A DNA stretch of 64,000 bases from Batkoa obscura (taxonomy: Eukaryota). Below the pieces are notes generated by a model, which ran no database searches, had not been told where the DNA came from, and was given only the letters and a program-made list of their open reading frames with translations. Position numbers and translations under genes: made by a program. How positions within the stretch are numbered: position 1 is the stretch's first letter; every line of letters begins with the position of its first letter. This document shows, in pieces, positions 1 to 13,578 of this stretch. The stretch spans positions 62,001 through 126,000 of the forward strand of contig JASVEC010000001.1 in assembly GCA_030770535.1 (NCBI GenBank), read 5' to 3'.

Positions 1-1451
1 CTTGTTAATTATATTAACTATAAAATTTATATTATTAAATTATAATATAAATAGTATAAAAATAAATATAATATAATTTTATTTATATTATTTTACTTTG
101 AATCTTCACGTAAAAAGCCCAATTTAATAAAGTAGTATTGGTCTTACATTGCTCCTTAAACAAAGATTAAAAGAAGTTAACTTTTTTGTATATTTTATTT
201 TCAAACATAGTAATTTTACATACTAAAAATTACAGTTACTAATAGATTATTAAAATTTGTAACAATAATATTGATCGAACAGTCTAAGTCTAGTATCTAT
301 AAATTATATTAACCTTTAGTTAATCGGAGTTGTAATATATTGAACTTATTAACTTGAATTCTATATTTATTTAAAACATATTATATAAAATGTAAGTTTA
401 GTTAAAAAAATAAGTAAGATAGATTAATAACAAATTTAATAAACAAGTTATGCTGTGTTGATTGAGATAGTATTGTTTTTAATAAATAAAAAGAAAATTA
501 AAGAAAGTCTAGATATTTATAAGATTTAATTAGCATTTATTCAAAAATTGAAAAAAACTAAATATCAGCATAATAAAGCATAAAAATATAAAATAAATAG
601 AAATCATTTTTAACCACCACTTATTTTAATTCAAATATTATTTTTATTAATGCATCATCTAACTTTTAAAACAATAATAATATGGTAACTATAAAATTTA
701 TGCTAATTAATATAAATACTTTATTAACATATTAATTATGTTTTATTTATAAAAGATTAATCCCTTGATCCTTAAACTCATTATCATTATTATTGTATAA
801 AATCAAATAAATGACAAGAAATTAAACTAAGGAAGTTTATTCTTTATAAAAAGGAGATAATAAGGTAACTTGATAATTACTATAGTCAATTAGGCTAGTA
901 ATATTTGATAAAAAGGGATAAGCAAGATGGGAAATATATGAAGTTTATCAATAGAGCTAAATATTTGATATTAATAGATTATGATTGTGAGTATGTAGTT
1001 AGTATTATAAAATTCAATTTAAAAATAATTTATTTTTTCAATAAAAGAAACTAACGAGATTATCTTTAAAGATTAAGTAAAAGGGAAATAAGCAATAAGC
1101 TTAGTTTGTTTTTAAAAGGTGGGTAGTAATTTAATACGATTAAAAGTTTAGAATAATGCTCATTTATGATCCTTTTTTTAAGATAAGAAAATGTAAAAAT
1201 ACTAAATTGAATAAAATCAGGAGCAGTCAAAAAAGTCACAGTAATAACAATAAAGTATCATGAAGAATAAAAACAATCTAAAGCTGATTATTATTTAAAA
1301 TAGATAATTAATAATACAAATCTACTTTATAATAACAAAACGTAATTAAAAGCATACTAATCTTTTTAAAAATAATAAAAAAACATTGCATTTACTCACA
1401 AATTTCTTGCATTTGTAATTTTATCTTAATGCTCTCCTCATGAAAGCTATC

Positions 1452-1552
1452 TGGGGCTGTTTTTTTTGGCTTCATTACTTTTTCCATTTTTTAAGCGCTA
1501 TTTGAGTGGAAAAATTGTTAGTGAAATTCTTAAACACAAAAATACATCCCAT
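1452..1552. mobile_element. MITE family A (~105 bp)
   Basis: GGGG(A/G)TGT...ACATCCC termini and internal AAGCGCTATTTGAGTGGAAAA core shared with many other copies. Confidence 0.85.
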
Positions 1553-1987
1553 CTGTTCAATTACTAATCAATTTTTAAGTTGAAGTCGCTTTCTCCTTAT
1601 CCATCTTACTCTTTAACTCACATTTCATCTCATTTTAGAATCGGCTACAGTTAAGATGCCTTTTTTTATAAAAATAGTTAAATTATTGTTCAAATTTGTT
1701 GCTAAAAATGAAACTGAGCAAATTGATTAAATTTATTAGGTGGGTTTCATTAGCCTGAGGTTCAATATTTCCCGATTATAGTTTTTTACATAAAAGGAAC
1801 AGATTAACCTAGCGTTAAGGGGCTTGGACATAATTAAAACTGACAGGGTCTTGTTTTTGAAGGAGGGTTTTCAATTTTGCCAAAGGATCGTGTAGTTGTT
1901 AGGTATCAGCACATAGTCTTCTCAGGATTTATTATATATCTCATTAACTATCTGCTTTGTAAAACCTTTGATAAATAGGAATGTTTT

Positions 1988-2220
1988 TTACCTATTTGCC
2001 CTTTTTGCTATTTTTTTAAAATTTAGAAAAATTGACTAATGTAGCTGTTTAAGTCCAAATATGCGTTACCAAATGATAAATTTTATAATCAGCGATTTGA
2101 GGTTTATTAATTTAATTTTTGTTTAAAATGAACAGTTAGCTATCACACATTCAAGCTTGAACAGTGTACTAGTTGATTAGTCTCTGAATTTTAAAAAATA
2201 GCAAAAAGGACAATTGGTAA
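1988..2220. mobile_element. MITE-like element with ~65 bp imperfect terminal inverted repeats (family D)
   Basis: TTACCtATTtgCCtTTTTGCTATTTTTTtAAAAT at the left end is the reverse complement of ATTTTAAAAAATAGCAAAAAGGACAATTGGTAA at the right end. Confidence 0.7.
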
Positions 2221-2381
2221 AGTATCCCCAAATATTATTTACCATGTTAGTAATTGAGGAATCATTTCTGTTTCTGAACATAATTAAAAGTTGTTAATAA
2301 ACACTACTATACACACATGATTTTTAATATTTATTGTAAGAAAGATAAGTTAGGATAAATATAAAGAAAATAGAATATATG

Positions 2382-2482
2382 TGGGGATGTCTTTTTTGGT
2401 TTCATTTATTTTTTCATTTTTTAAGCGCTATTAAGTGGAAATAATATCAATAGAATTCTTAAACAAAAAAAGGGATACTTAT
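2382..2482. mobile_element. MITE family A, degenerate
   Basis: GGGGATGT end and TTAAGCGCTATT core. Confidence 0.7.
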
Positions 2483-4913
2483 ATATATATATCTGTAGAA
2501 GAAATTGAATGAGTTTTTTTATATTTCAGACTAAATTGAAAATAAAAAAACATCCTATGGTTGTTTTTTATCTAATTTTCTATTTATTTTATATATGTTG
2601 TAATATGCAATCTAAATCTAAAGTCTAAAAAATATTCCAAATGCTAACCTGGCTTTTAAACTCATATAACTTAATTTTTCTTTATATAAAATGATGTTAA
2701 TCGAATAGTATAGCCTCTTAAAAATAACTTATTATAAACTAAATTATAAATTTTTAGATTGAATTTTTTTTTTGATTCTGTAGTTTTGAATGATTAAAAA
2801 AGTATGTTCTTTGCCTATAGACAAATGTTTATAAAATAGAATCCAAAGTTGCCTTACACAATTTGTCTTGCTCTAAGGTTGATATTAAAAGGAAAGATGA
2901 GCCTCCTGTAGTTGATAATATCTCTTCTTGTTCACTCTTCCTCTACTTTTTTATTACTTTCGTTAATAAGTATTTGGAAGTTATAAATTTCTAAACAGTT
3001 TTTTTGGTATTAAATTCATTTGAATATTTTAATAGATATTTGATTTATTATATTGGATGACTGATATGTTTACTTTATTTGATAATTTTATTTTATTTTA
3101 TTTTATCTTGTCTTTGTGCAATTTATAGTATTAAATGGTAGATAATTAGTAAGGTCAATTGCTTTTACCACTAAATTTAGTTATTTAAAATATTAATAAA
3201 TATCTTTGACTTATCAATTGTTCAAGTGGAAAAAAAAATAATAACAAAAAAATTCATATTATAATCTAATGAATTGTTATATTGCCATAATGAACACCAC
3301 CATAGGGGCGTATATCTTTTAATGAAATTATATTAATATTTAAATACTTTTAGAACTAGTAACATTACTAGAATTTAGTTTCTTAATAAGTAATTAGAAC
3401 CATATCAACTAATTTTTATACTAATAAAGGTGGTTAAAAGTAAGTATTTTTATAAATTTTTATAATATTAAGCATGCTAATTAAAGGCTTGATGTTTATT
3501 TTATATTAGTATTATTATAAAAAATAGTGATACTAAATTGAAAGTTACGTTAAATAAAGCTTTCAAGGATAAAATCTCACAATATCGATATCAAATTTCG
3601 TACACAAAATACTATAACTATTATTCAGTATACCATTTTATTACTGCTTTAAACTATTGAGAGCAATCTTTAGCTCCTTATTTTCGAATTCTAGAATAAC
3701 AGATTTACTAACTAACTTTTATATCGGGGTATAAGATCCGCAAAAACGATTTTGTGATTTATTATAATCAGAATTTATGTCATTATCGTTGTATGTAATT
3801 CAATTAAGGTGATTGGTAAAGTTACTATTTACACAAAATATTCAAAATCTTTTATAAATTATTTCCCGAGAGATTAGTTGTAATTCAAATACGAAGTCTA
3901 ACCTTATAAAATGATCCTTTATTTATAAATCGTTAATAAAGTATAATGAAAATAATTTTATGTTTATAGTTAACTAATTTTCAAATGTTATAAAATATTG
4001 ACTTAATTATTAACCATCACTAATCGTGGGTGTAGGTGGGTTACATAGTCTATGTTTTAAGAAATTTTTTCTCCCCTAATTATCTATTTAAGGTTTATTC
4101 TCTACTCAGTTCACTTTGCAACATCTACAAATTACTATTGGATCCTTTAAGTTTAAACTTATTGATAAAATTTGGGTATTGTTAATCAAGCTAATAAAGT
4201 TAATGATTGTCTAAAAGAGAGCTATTAATGTTACTAAACTTTATAATTGTTTATACACTTGATTTATTTATTATATTTTTTGACATTTCTTAATTATATA
4301 ATAAATAGTTTTTCTAATAAAATGAACTTATTGCAATCATTAAGTGATTATGTTAAAAAGGTTCAATATTGTTAAAATATATTAGCTTACTAATTAAATC
4401 GCACTTATTTTCAATAAATGGTTCATTTTATTTACTTCCTAAAAGTGATTTTAAATAGTGTGGTTAATATATTTATATTCTAAACATGAATAAGATGGGA
4501 TTCGTTTACTTTCATTTCCTGTTTTGTTTGATACGCTTATTTAGAAATATAATTTTTTTCAAAATACCATGTGCGCATTCAGTTGTAAGATCATTCGTCA
4601 TTAGCGTTTTTCTGAGTTTTTCTAAGCTATGAATGTTCTTGGGTTTTTTAAGCTTTGATTTCCCACCTACACCCTATAATTCTTAAGATATCAATTTCTA
4701 ATTCTGGTTATGATTCTATTCATATTCCAATATTATAATCACCGTATTTTTTAAAAAAGGCTATTGATATTCTAAGCCAATTAATAAAATTTAATATAGA
4801 AATGCAATTAAAAGCAGATAAGCCAAAAGTATAAATACCCAAGTTGAGTAAATTATTTTAGTCATTGATTATCATCAATTTTATATTAATTTAAACAAGC
4901 ACTATAGTTTAAA

Positions 4914-6416
4914 ATGGAACCATTTGAGTTTACTTGGGTTTTTGTAGTTGGAACTATCGTTGCTTTAATTGATGCCTATGGTATCGGTGCTAATGATGTT
5001 GCTAATTCATTCGCTACCTCCGTCTCCTCCGGATCTCTTACCCTTCCACAAGCTTGTGTCATTGCTATCTTTACTGAATTTTTAGGTGCTTTTCTCCTCG
5101 GTTCCTCCACTGCCGAAACCATCAAAAACAAAATTATTGATTTAACTCTTTTCTCTGGTAAGCCAGAGCTTCTCATGTTTGCTATGTTATGTGCACTTAT
5201 TGGTTCTGCTTCTTGGGTATTATTTGCTACTAGAATGGGATGGCCAGTATCAACAACTCATTCAATTGTAGGTGCTATTATTGGTGTTGGTATCTCTGGT
5301 TTTGGTTCTAAAGCTGTTGACTGGACCTGGAAAGGCGTTGGTCAAATTATTGCATCCTGGTTCATTTCTCCTGCACTTGCTGGTGCCATTGCTGTTATAG
5401 TATTTTTACCAATCAAATTCTTCGTTCTTGGACGTGAAGATTCTTTCAGACGTGGCCTTATTGCCATCCCAATCATTTTCACTTTAACTGCTGTTGTTGA
5501 TCTTTACTACATTGTAGAAAAAGGTATCAGAACAAGAAATAACCTTACAGATGGCGCCACTGCTGGTGTTATCATTGGTTGTGCTGTATTTGTTGGTTTA
5601 TTCTGTGTTTTTTTCTTCGTTCCATGGGTTAGACGTTCAATCAAAAACAAAGAAAACCTTAAAGTATATCATATGTTCGTTATACCTTTCCTTAGTGAAC
5701 GTCCAAAGAGACAAGAACCTGAAGAAAAGATTGTAGGAGAATTAGATGTTGAAGGTAACGAAGTCAAACCTAACCCAAGCTTTGGAAAGAAAGTTTTAAA
5801 TACTATCTTACATGGTGTACGTAAAGATGTTACTAATTTAAAGAATGAAAGACTTCATGAAATTCATGACTCAGCTGTCCGCTATGATGATGATACTGAA
5901 TTCATGTTCTCTTACTTACAAGTAATCACTGCATCTATGGCTTCATTTGCTCATGGTTCAAATGATGTTGCTAATGCTGTAGGTCCTTTTGCCACTATCT
6001 ATTATGTTTGGGTCAATGCTCAAGTAGATCTCAGTGGTAAAACTCCTATCCCACTTTGGATCCTTGCCGTCGGTGGTTTGGCTATAGATGTTGGTCTTAT
6101 TACATATGGTTACAACATTATGAGATCCCTTGGAAACAAAATTACATACCATTCACCTTCTCGTGGATTCACTATGGAATTAGCTGCTTCTATTTCTGTA
6201 CTTACCGCATCTGGACTTGGATGGCCAGTATCTACTACCCATTGTATTACTGGGTCTACTGCTGCAGTAGGTCTTACTAACGGTAATGCTAAGGCTGTTA
6301 ACTGGAGAATGTTAGCATGGTGTATGTTCTCATGGATTTTAACACTTCCAGTTGCAGGATGTCTTTCAGGTTTATTGTTTGCTTTCGGTACTCGTTCCCC
6401 ATCTTTACTTTCTTAA
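4914..6416 (+). CDS. PHO89: PiT/PHO4-family sodium-phosphate symporter (Pho89-like), intronless, 500 aa
   Basis: PiT signatures GANDVANSFAT, PVSTTHSIVG, HGSNDVANA and PVSTTH; many transmembrane segments; TATAAA about 4830 and CCAAT about 4778. Confidence 0.95.
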   Translation: MEPFEFTWVFVVGTIVALIDAYGIGANDVANSFATSVSSGSLTLPQACVIAIFTEFLGAFLLGSSTAETIKNKIIDLTLFSGKPELLMFAMLCALIGSASWVLFATRMGWPVSTTHSIVGAIIGVGISGFGSKAVDWTWKGVGQIIASWFISPALAGAIAVIVFLPIKFFVLGREDSFRRGLIAIPIIFTLTAVVDLYYIVEKGIRTRNNLTDGATAGVIIGCAVFVGLFCVFFFVPWVRRSIKNKENLKVYHMFVIPFLSERPKRQEPEEKIVGELDVEGNEVKPNPSFGKKVLNTILHGVRKDVTNLKNERLHEIHDSAVRYDDDTEFMFSYLQVITASMASFAHGSNDVANAVGPFATIYYVWVNAQVDLSGKTPIPLWILAVGGLAIDVGLITYGYNIMRSLGNKITYHSPSRGFTMELAASISVLTASGLGWPVSTTHCITGSTAAVGLTNGNAKAVNWRMLAWCMFSWILTLPVAGCLSGLLFAFGTRSPSLLS

Positions 6417-8319
6417 TTTTATATTTAATTTTATCACATTAATAAATCTTGATAGATTTCTATATTTTACATTGTATTGTTTTTGAATACTTTTCAAATT
6501 TCATCACTTCATAAATTCAATGAATTAGGTCTTGATTTTGTATCATGAATAATAAAATATTAAATCAATACGGTTCAATCATTTCAATAACATTTTTAAT
6601 CACAAACAAACAGTGTCACAACATCTCTCCTTATTCTTGGTTTTAGTTATAGTAAGTTTAAATTTGGTGTGTTTACATTTTATAGAAATTCAGCGTGTGC
6701 GATATCATTTTATAATATTATCATTGCATTTTAACTACAGTGAGATTATAATAGTTGTAGCTGATAATAATCAAAGCTATTTTTTAAAAACCTTGAAAGA
6801 GTAAAAATTTATAAATGTTTTATGTATGAAAATAACATGCCAAAATTTCAATATAGAAGGGCAATGGTATATGAACTAACCCATGTTTTATAGCTATACG
6901 CTGCCATAAAAGTTAATTAGCGCTGACTACATAATTCTGACTTAGATATCTACTTGAAACTTTAATTATTTCAATGCCGCTTATGAATATTAATTTTAAT
7001 AGAATTAGAATGCTTTATAAAATAATTTATAAATAAGTAAAATTTGAAACAATACATTAAAAATATTGAAATATTTATTTTTATCGTTTTCTAATTATAA
7101 GATTAGAAATAGCTAATGAATGATAATTTTGCAACATTAGCTTCAAACATGCTTTGGTGGTAATTGCAATAAAATAGTATGATTTATAACTAAAATTTTT
7201 GTACAACAATCTTGTGTATTGATAAAGTATAAACATGAAACCTTAATTTAGCTAAGTTATATTATTAGTCGTTAAATAATAAAATATTATACTTATAAAT
7301 TTTCTAAAGTAAAAAACAATTAGTTTGATATTCAATATTTAAGTTCATCCTTTGATATGTCATGAATAACAAAGTGATCTTTTTTTCTAATCTTGGCTAA
7401 AAAAATAAATGATCTATTTAAAAAACTAATCATTCTCTTATAAGTAGAAAATAATTATTTATAAAATTAACGCGTAAACTTTTTATCACAAATCATAATC
7501 ATAAAAAACCTCTTTACGGAATAAATGTGATATTTTCAATGATTTGAAATTTTCTCCGTTTAAAAATCGAAAACCATACTAATGCCATTTCTACCAGAAA
7601 AGTAATATAAATCTTTTCATTTTCTTAGCAGCACTATAGTAATTCTTTGACTAGTTTTACCCTTTTGTCCTTTTTAAAATATTTTAGTAAGACTTCCATA
7701 TATATGATTTTTTTTGATATTATACAGCTTTATCCATATTGATTTTCTTAATAGTGTAACTTTCAAACTGTATATTATAAACTTATGCTTAAATTATAAA
7801 GTACAAGGAGTCATATTTTTGGAAAATCGGATAGGGGTTGAAATATATTTAATTAATCTATATTCTTGAATGTGTTGCCGCTAAATGCTAAGCAATATAA
7901 ATATAGGAAAGTAATAGTTTTAATATCACTATCAAACATCAAGTTGATAAATTAAATGACCAAGTTATTGATGAATTAAACATAAAGTGGTTGTAGTAAA
8001 AGACATGATTAAATATAACTTCATGATAGCAACAGTTTAGTAAGTGAAAACAAGTTTGGTATTAGAATAGAGTATAATTTAAAAAGATTAAAGTTTTGTT
8101 TGTGTTTTCTGTGTGTCTTTCAAAAAAATTGAGGTTCATTATCTGTATTGAAAGACTTTATTCAAATATAGCAATTTAATCATATAAATTATTTTATTAC
8201 ATCCTAGCTATAATCATATTCAAATTTATTTAACTGCTAGCATTAAATATTAATTTTTATTACTGTAATAGCTGTTACTAATAAAAAAGCCCTTATTAAA
8301 CGACCCTAATAAGGTTAAC

Positions 8320-8416
8320 TGGGGATGTATTTTTTTGTTTAAGGGTTTTACTAACAATTTTTTCGCTCAAATAGCGTTTAAATGGAAAAAATAATGAAGC
8401 CAAAAAAACACCCCCA
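8320..8416. mobile_element. MITE family A
   Basis: GGGGATGTATTT...AAAACACCCCC. Confidence 0.85.
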
Positions 8417-9207
8417 ACTACTATTAACTTGATTTCTTTTTTAAATTTACTAACCGATAAAAGCTAACAGTTGTTTAAAATTATTTAAAAAAATGCTTAA
8501 AATTGTTACAAAAGTATGGTTATAAAAACAGAGAAATGTCTTAAGCAGATTGTGAGAGTTAAAATAATAGTTTTAAATGTCTTTTCAAGAATACTTTTAC
8601 ATAAAGCATTCTGTCATAAAAATACAAGTAATAATAGCTTGGCTTTTTTCAAAAAAGGTATTTTTATCAATAGTTTCGGTTTTAATTGGAATAAAGTAAA
8701 ATATATATTATAGTTTATAACGAATATTAACAATAGAACCTTTGTATTAAATATTTTGTCGAGTTGCAAACTTGAAAACGTTTTCCAAATTAACTTTACA
8801 TTACAATTATTTAAAATTTCATTAAATCAATTGGTCATATATTTATGCAAAAGTGATTTGGCATAAATGTTAAAATGCTTATAATTAGTTCTAGAATTAT
8901 ATTTTGCAAATAATAAAATACTACAATATTGTAAAAATTAATTAAATAAATAAAATAGTGGTTTGTAGAAATCTTTATTTAATGATATTAAAAAAATTAT
9001 TTAAATTAGTTATATTAAGGAAATAGGATTATAAAATTATTCAATTAAAAAATATTAGTTTAAAAATAGTAGCTTATTATTTACATTATGTGAAAAGCTA
9101 AATTTTTTCATAAAATATTAATATTAAAAATATTTACATACATAGTTTAAGATTTGAACCATATAAATTTACAAAAAATCGCTTATCAAAAGCCATTCAA
9201 TATTCGT

Positions 9208-10207
9208 CTAAAGACTATAACGAGATTGGGCATTAGGTTGGGTATTAGGTGAATATTGATCTCGAGGTTGATTATAACTCTGCTCAGGAGCTTGAAAAGG
9301 CTGCAACTTGTATTGAGATTCTTGGGCATTTGGGTGTAAATTGGTATAGATTGGATCAAATTTATCTCTACGCTCTTCTAACCGCTTTTCCAACTCTTTA
9401 ATTCGCTCCTCATAGTCTTTTACCGTGGTATTAAGATATGTATAAGATTCATAAAGATTTTTATATCTATCCTCTGCTTCAAACCTTCTTTGATAAGATT
9501 CGCGAACTCTTTCTACTTCATTATGGTTGGCTTTGTTAAGATTTAATCTTACCAACTCTTCTCTTAAATGATTTAGTTCATCTCTATCCTGTTGTCTAGA
9601 CCGCTCTAGATTATCTGCATGTGATTTGAGCCCTGAATTGGATTCTTTTAATGAATTTAGTTCATTTCCCATACTATTAATAGTTTGTGTAAGATCAAGT
9701 AGTTGCCTCTCAAGGAATTGGTTCCTTTGTTGCATTTCAATTTCTCGGTTTCTTCTTCTAGTACGTGACTTTGCTGAAGCAGTTGCATTTCGGCGTCTTC
9801 TTTCTAATACTTTAGGGTCCATATTCGGATCACTAGTGACCATATTTTCCCCTGGGTTTGGCGACGATAAGCTAGTAGGACCACTTTTCTGATACCCTTG
9901 AGGTTGTTTCTAAAATAAAGAAGCTTTTAACTATAGAAATAATTTATTATAAAGTTTTACTTACGGGAGCATTATATTGTTGAGAATAAATAGGACGACG
10001 GGTAATATCTAAATATCCGGGATAAGCGGGGTATTGATGTTGAAAAAGATTCCTATCTTGAGTTAAAGCTGATATACTAGGAATTGCGGCTTGTCCAAAG
10101 CTACCTTGTGAAGTATGTTCCTGTCCAGATGAAGAAGAGTTTCCATATTGCTCTGGTAATATTGGGGGAAGTCTAATTCTTTCTGGATTCCGTCTATCAT
10201 CATCCAT
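9208..10207 (-). CDS. bZIP transcription factor, 2 exons (10207-9965, 9909-9208), about 314 aa
   Basis: GTAAGT...TAG intron 9964-9910 joins the two ORFs in frame; basic region RRRRNATASAKSRTRRR followed by leucine heptads. Confidence 0.9.
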
Positions 10208-11854
10208 ACCTAACTGAGTAATATTTTAATGTCCTTTTTTAAAATAGATTAAATTATTTAAATGATAAGTATGCTATAAATTAAGCGAAGTGATGGAGTG
10301 ACGTGATAAGGTAAATTTTGAAAGTGAGATAATAATTAAAGGAGTGTTCATTCAATAACTAATTTTTTTGTTTTTGTTAGGGATGAAATAGTTGGATCAC
10401 CATCTTTTAATTGGTGGTTATGTCAGTTGCACAATGTGCTTGGGTTGAAACATCACTTTTTTTACTCAATCAACAGACTAAGTTAAAGCAAAAAGCATAG
10501 AGAAGTGCCATATTTGGAAATTCCTTTACTTTTTATCAATTGGTGATTATTGATAAATTGCTTTAAATTTAAATTTATATGTATTGTGATGTTAGTTTGG
10601 TATTTCATTGTTTGATTTTAATTAAAAGCAAAATGCGGTGGTATAACATGAGGAAATACCCTATATTATGTTAATTTCTTCTAAACTATAAGTATGCTCT
10701 CTTATTAATATGTAATATAATAATTTATAATGAGATTTAAATAACAAGCTTCTATTATATGATTTTTTATTAATAATGGTGTACTTAGATTTAATCCATC
10801 CATAAACAAGTTACTTTTAATTATATAATTATATAATACTTTCCCATATGAATGACATCTAACGACATCATATGGTTTTATCCTTTAAAATTATTTAATT
10901 TATTAAAAATTAAATAAAATTCGTATTATTTTACTTATTCTATACTTTGAAAGTTAAAAAAAAACAATTATTATACGAATAACAAATGAATTTTTTATTT
11001 AAATACCTTACATAACTAACTTTGGCTATTTAAAATATGTTAAATAATTTGAGTAAACCGGAAATTAATCTAGTTAACCCTTATAATCATTTGAAAAAAC
11101 TCAACCTATTTTATTTAATTAATGACGTGATTCGATCATTTCCACTCCTTATTATTTATATATAAAAACCTAGCTTTTAGCGTTTTTCTATTTTTATAAA
11201 AAAATCAAATTGAACAATAAACCACAATATATTACGTTTTTAATCTATTTTTATATTTAATTAGACTACTTGTAACATTCTTTATAAATAATATGGCCAT
11301 CACTTTAATTTGTGATTTTCACTAATAATTTTTTCACTCAATAGTGCTTAAAAATTGGCAAATAAAACTAATTGCAACCTATTTACATAATTCGTAAATA
11401 GTTATTACTTTAAAAGTAATTTTTGGCTAGCGTATAATTAAATATGAGAAGGTATTTAGATTTGGGGATGCCTATTTTAGAAACATTTGAAGAAGCAAAG
11501 TTTACAAATGTTTTTATTATTGAGTGTTAGTTTTTTAAATGAAAATCTGGATGATAAAGGGAGATGCTTTTAAGCAGAGAAAGAAGGTGCTAAAGTAAGT
11601 GAGACTTGAGGAAGTCTTTTTTAATTCCATTTATCTGTCAGTCTTTTAGACGCTATTGAGTCGAAAAACTAGTGAAATTCAAACAAAAACAGCCATATAT
11701 TTTTGTTTTTATTTATTAATCGCTTTTTATACAACAAGGGGATAAATAAATAGTATCCAAATGCTAAAATAGAAGACATTTGTACATATTTATTAATATT
11801 AAATTTGAGATTTGTTGTGGTATAACTTTGTAATCTTTTTTATTTGTAATTTTA

Positions 11855-11959
11855 ATATGAGGATATTCTTTTGTTTAAGAATTTTACTAACAATCATTCT
11901 ACTCAAATAGTGTTTGAAAAATGGAAAAAGTGATAAAATCAAAAAAAACACCCTCATAT
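11855..11959. mobile_element. MITE family A (more decayed pieces nearby at about 11291-11370 and 11608-11700)
   Basis: ATATGAGGAT...CACCCTCATAT termini and shared core. Confidence 0.8.
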
Positions 11960-12213
11960 GTTATTTACTAAACTTTAATGGTAGTCTTTCAAATAAAGTG
12001 AATCCTATAATTTTTTATTATACATATTGAAATTCAATTAATCAATACTGTTCCCTGTTTCGCAATTATTTTATCTCCTATGTAAACTATTAGTGGTATC
12101 GCTCTTCTTATAACAGAAAATCGAATTTCATAGCACAAAGTTTAAATAAATTAACTTAATGATAATAACTTTATTTACATTAACAAACATTCAAAAAAAA
12201 ATACTTTTATAAC

Positions 12214-13578
12214 TTATTTACGTATCATATTACCGTGATCGAAGGTAAGATCATGATCAAACGTAGTATCTAAACTATTGAATTTAAATAAATGGTTTTG
12301 AGACAATGACGGGTTTCTAACAATAGCCAATGCATTAGGATTAGTAGAGCCCATAGGATAAGTATTAACAAAAAGGGGTTCAGTAATAATATTGATTTTT
12401 CCCATTTTTACTTTACTAAGTTGCTTTTTTTTATGTTTTTCATAGCAATGATAAGTAATTAAACCTATTATGACTAATAATATAACTCCACCTATAGAAA
12501 ATCCTAAAATCCAAGGTAAAGGGTTATTTTCTCCTTTAGGTTGATATTTATTGACTAATTTAAGCTGATTTACATCAATCAACTGAGTACTGTTTGTAAA
12601 ATTAGATGAGTAGCCTAATGAATAAATTAGATAATCATTATGTTTAACTAAGCATGGTTTATAGCTAGGTTTGAAATTTTCTAATTCCAATTTATACCAT
12701 TTATACTCCTCTATATTTAGTAAATAACTATCGTCTACTTCTGTAAAATTACTTCTTCCTATTGAAAATGCGCCTCCTAACATGATATAATGAGTCTGAT
12801 TTAGATTAACAATTTGATGTCCAACTCTTCCTCTTGGTATATCTCCACTTAATTTGACTTCGTTTAATTGACGTTGATTGAAATTGTAGACATAGGCGGT
12901 ATCCATAGACACTTTTTCATTATTTGGGTAAAATTGACCACCAACAGAAACGATATTATCATTATTGACAAATGACGCAAAGTCAATAATAGGAGGAAAA
13001 GATTTCAATGTGTCGATATTCCATGTATTCAAATTAACATCCCATCGAGTAATCAACTTGTTAGCTGAATTATTTCTCGTTGGGGAATCAATAAACCCCC
13101 CTAATAAAATAGCTTCATTTGTATTGATTTGGACTAAATTTGATAAATACTCAGTAAATTTTAAATTGGACTGTGTATCTTTGGAATTATAATAATTAGA
13201 TATGATATCTGCTTGACTATTCTTTTCGTCGGTTAACCATTGGTTTGAAGAGGTATCAAATATTTTAACGGACTCTATTCCAGGAGTATATAACCCACCA
13301 CGTACATAAACTAAATTATCTTTGGTAAACAAATTTGGATACACAATTGAAGGTGCTAATTGATCAATATTTTTAAACTTCCATGGTACTGAATTTATAC
13401 CAAACTGGCTATTTAAATTCAAATTATAAACAATTCGATTAAACCCTGAATCTGGCCATTTTTTAACTCCGCCTAAATAGTATAAGTTATTATCAACTAT
13501 TTCACAGTTACCTCCGTACATGGGCATCAGTATCTGTTGACAATAATAGCTTATTATAAATGAATAAAATAAAATCAT
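12214..13578 (-). CDS. Signal peptide + kelch beta-propeller + single transmembrane helix (type I membrane protein), intronless
   Basis: Repeated GG kelch motifs (LYYLGG, VYVRGG, ILLGG, VSVGG, PRGRVGH...IMLGG); hydrophobic N-terminus from ATG 13578; TM segment WILGFSIGGVILLVIIGLITY followed by a basic patch. Confidence 0.85.
   Translation of the reverse strand: MILFYSFIISYYCQQILMPMYGGNCEIVDNNLYYLGGVKKWPDSGFNRIVYNLNLNSQFGINSVPWKFKNIDQLAPSIVYPNLFTKDNLVYVRGGLYTPGIESVKIFDTSSNQWLTDEKNSQADIISNYYNSKDTQSNLKFTEYLSNLVQINTNEAILLGGFIDSPTRNNSANKLITRWDVNLNTWNIDTLKSFPPIIDFASFVNNDNIVSVGGQFYPNNEKVSMDTAYVYNFNQRQLNEVKLSGDIPRGRVGHQIVNLNQTHYIMLGGAFSIGRSNFTEVDDSYLLNIEEYKWYKLELENFKPSYKPCLVKHNDYLIYSLGYSSNFTNSTQLIDVNQLKLVNKYQPKGENNPLPWILGFSIGGVILLVIIGLITYHCYEKHKKKQLSKVKMGKINIITEPLFVNTYPMGSTNPNALAIVRNPSLSQNHLFKFNSLDTTFDHDLTFDHGNMIRK

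Noticed and set aside
1..4913. Pho4-type CACGTG/CACGTT sites upstream of the phosphate transporter
   Set aside because: None found by eye (only CACGTA near 107); an absence from manual scanning is too weak to interpret
4976..6280. Short ORFs overlapping PHO89, and likewise those at 9626, 12965, 35529 and 40783
   Set aside because: Shadow frames of well-supported genes
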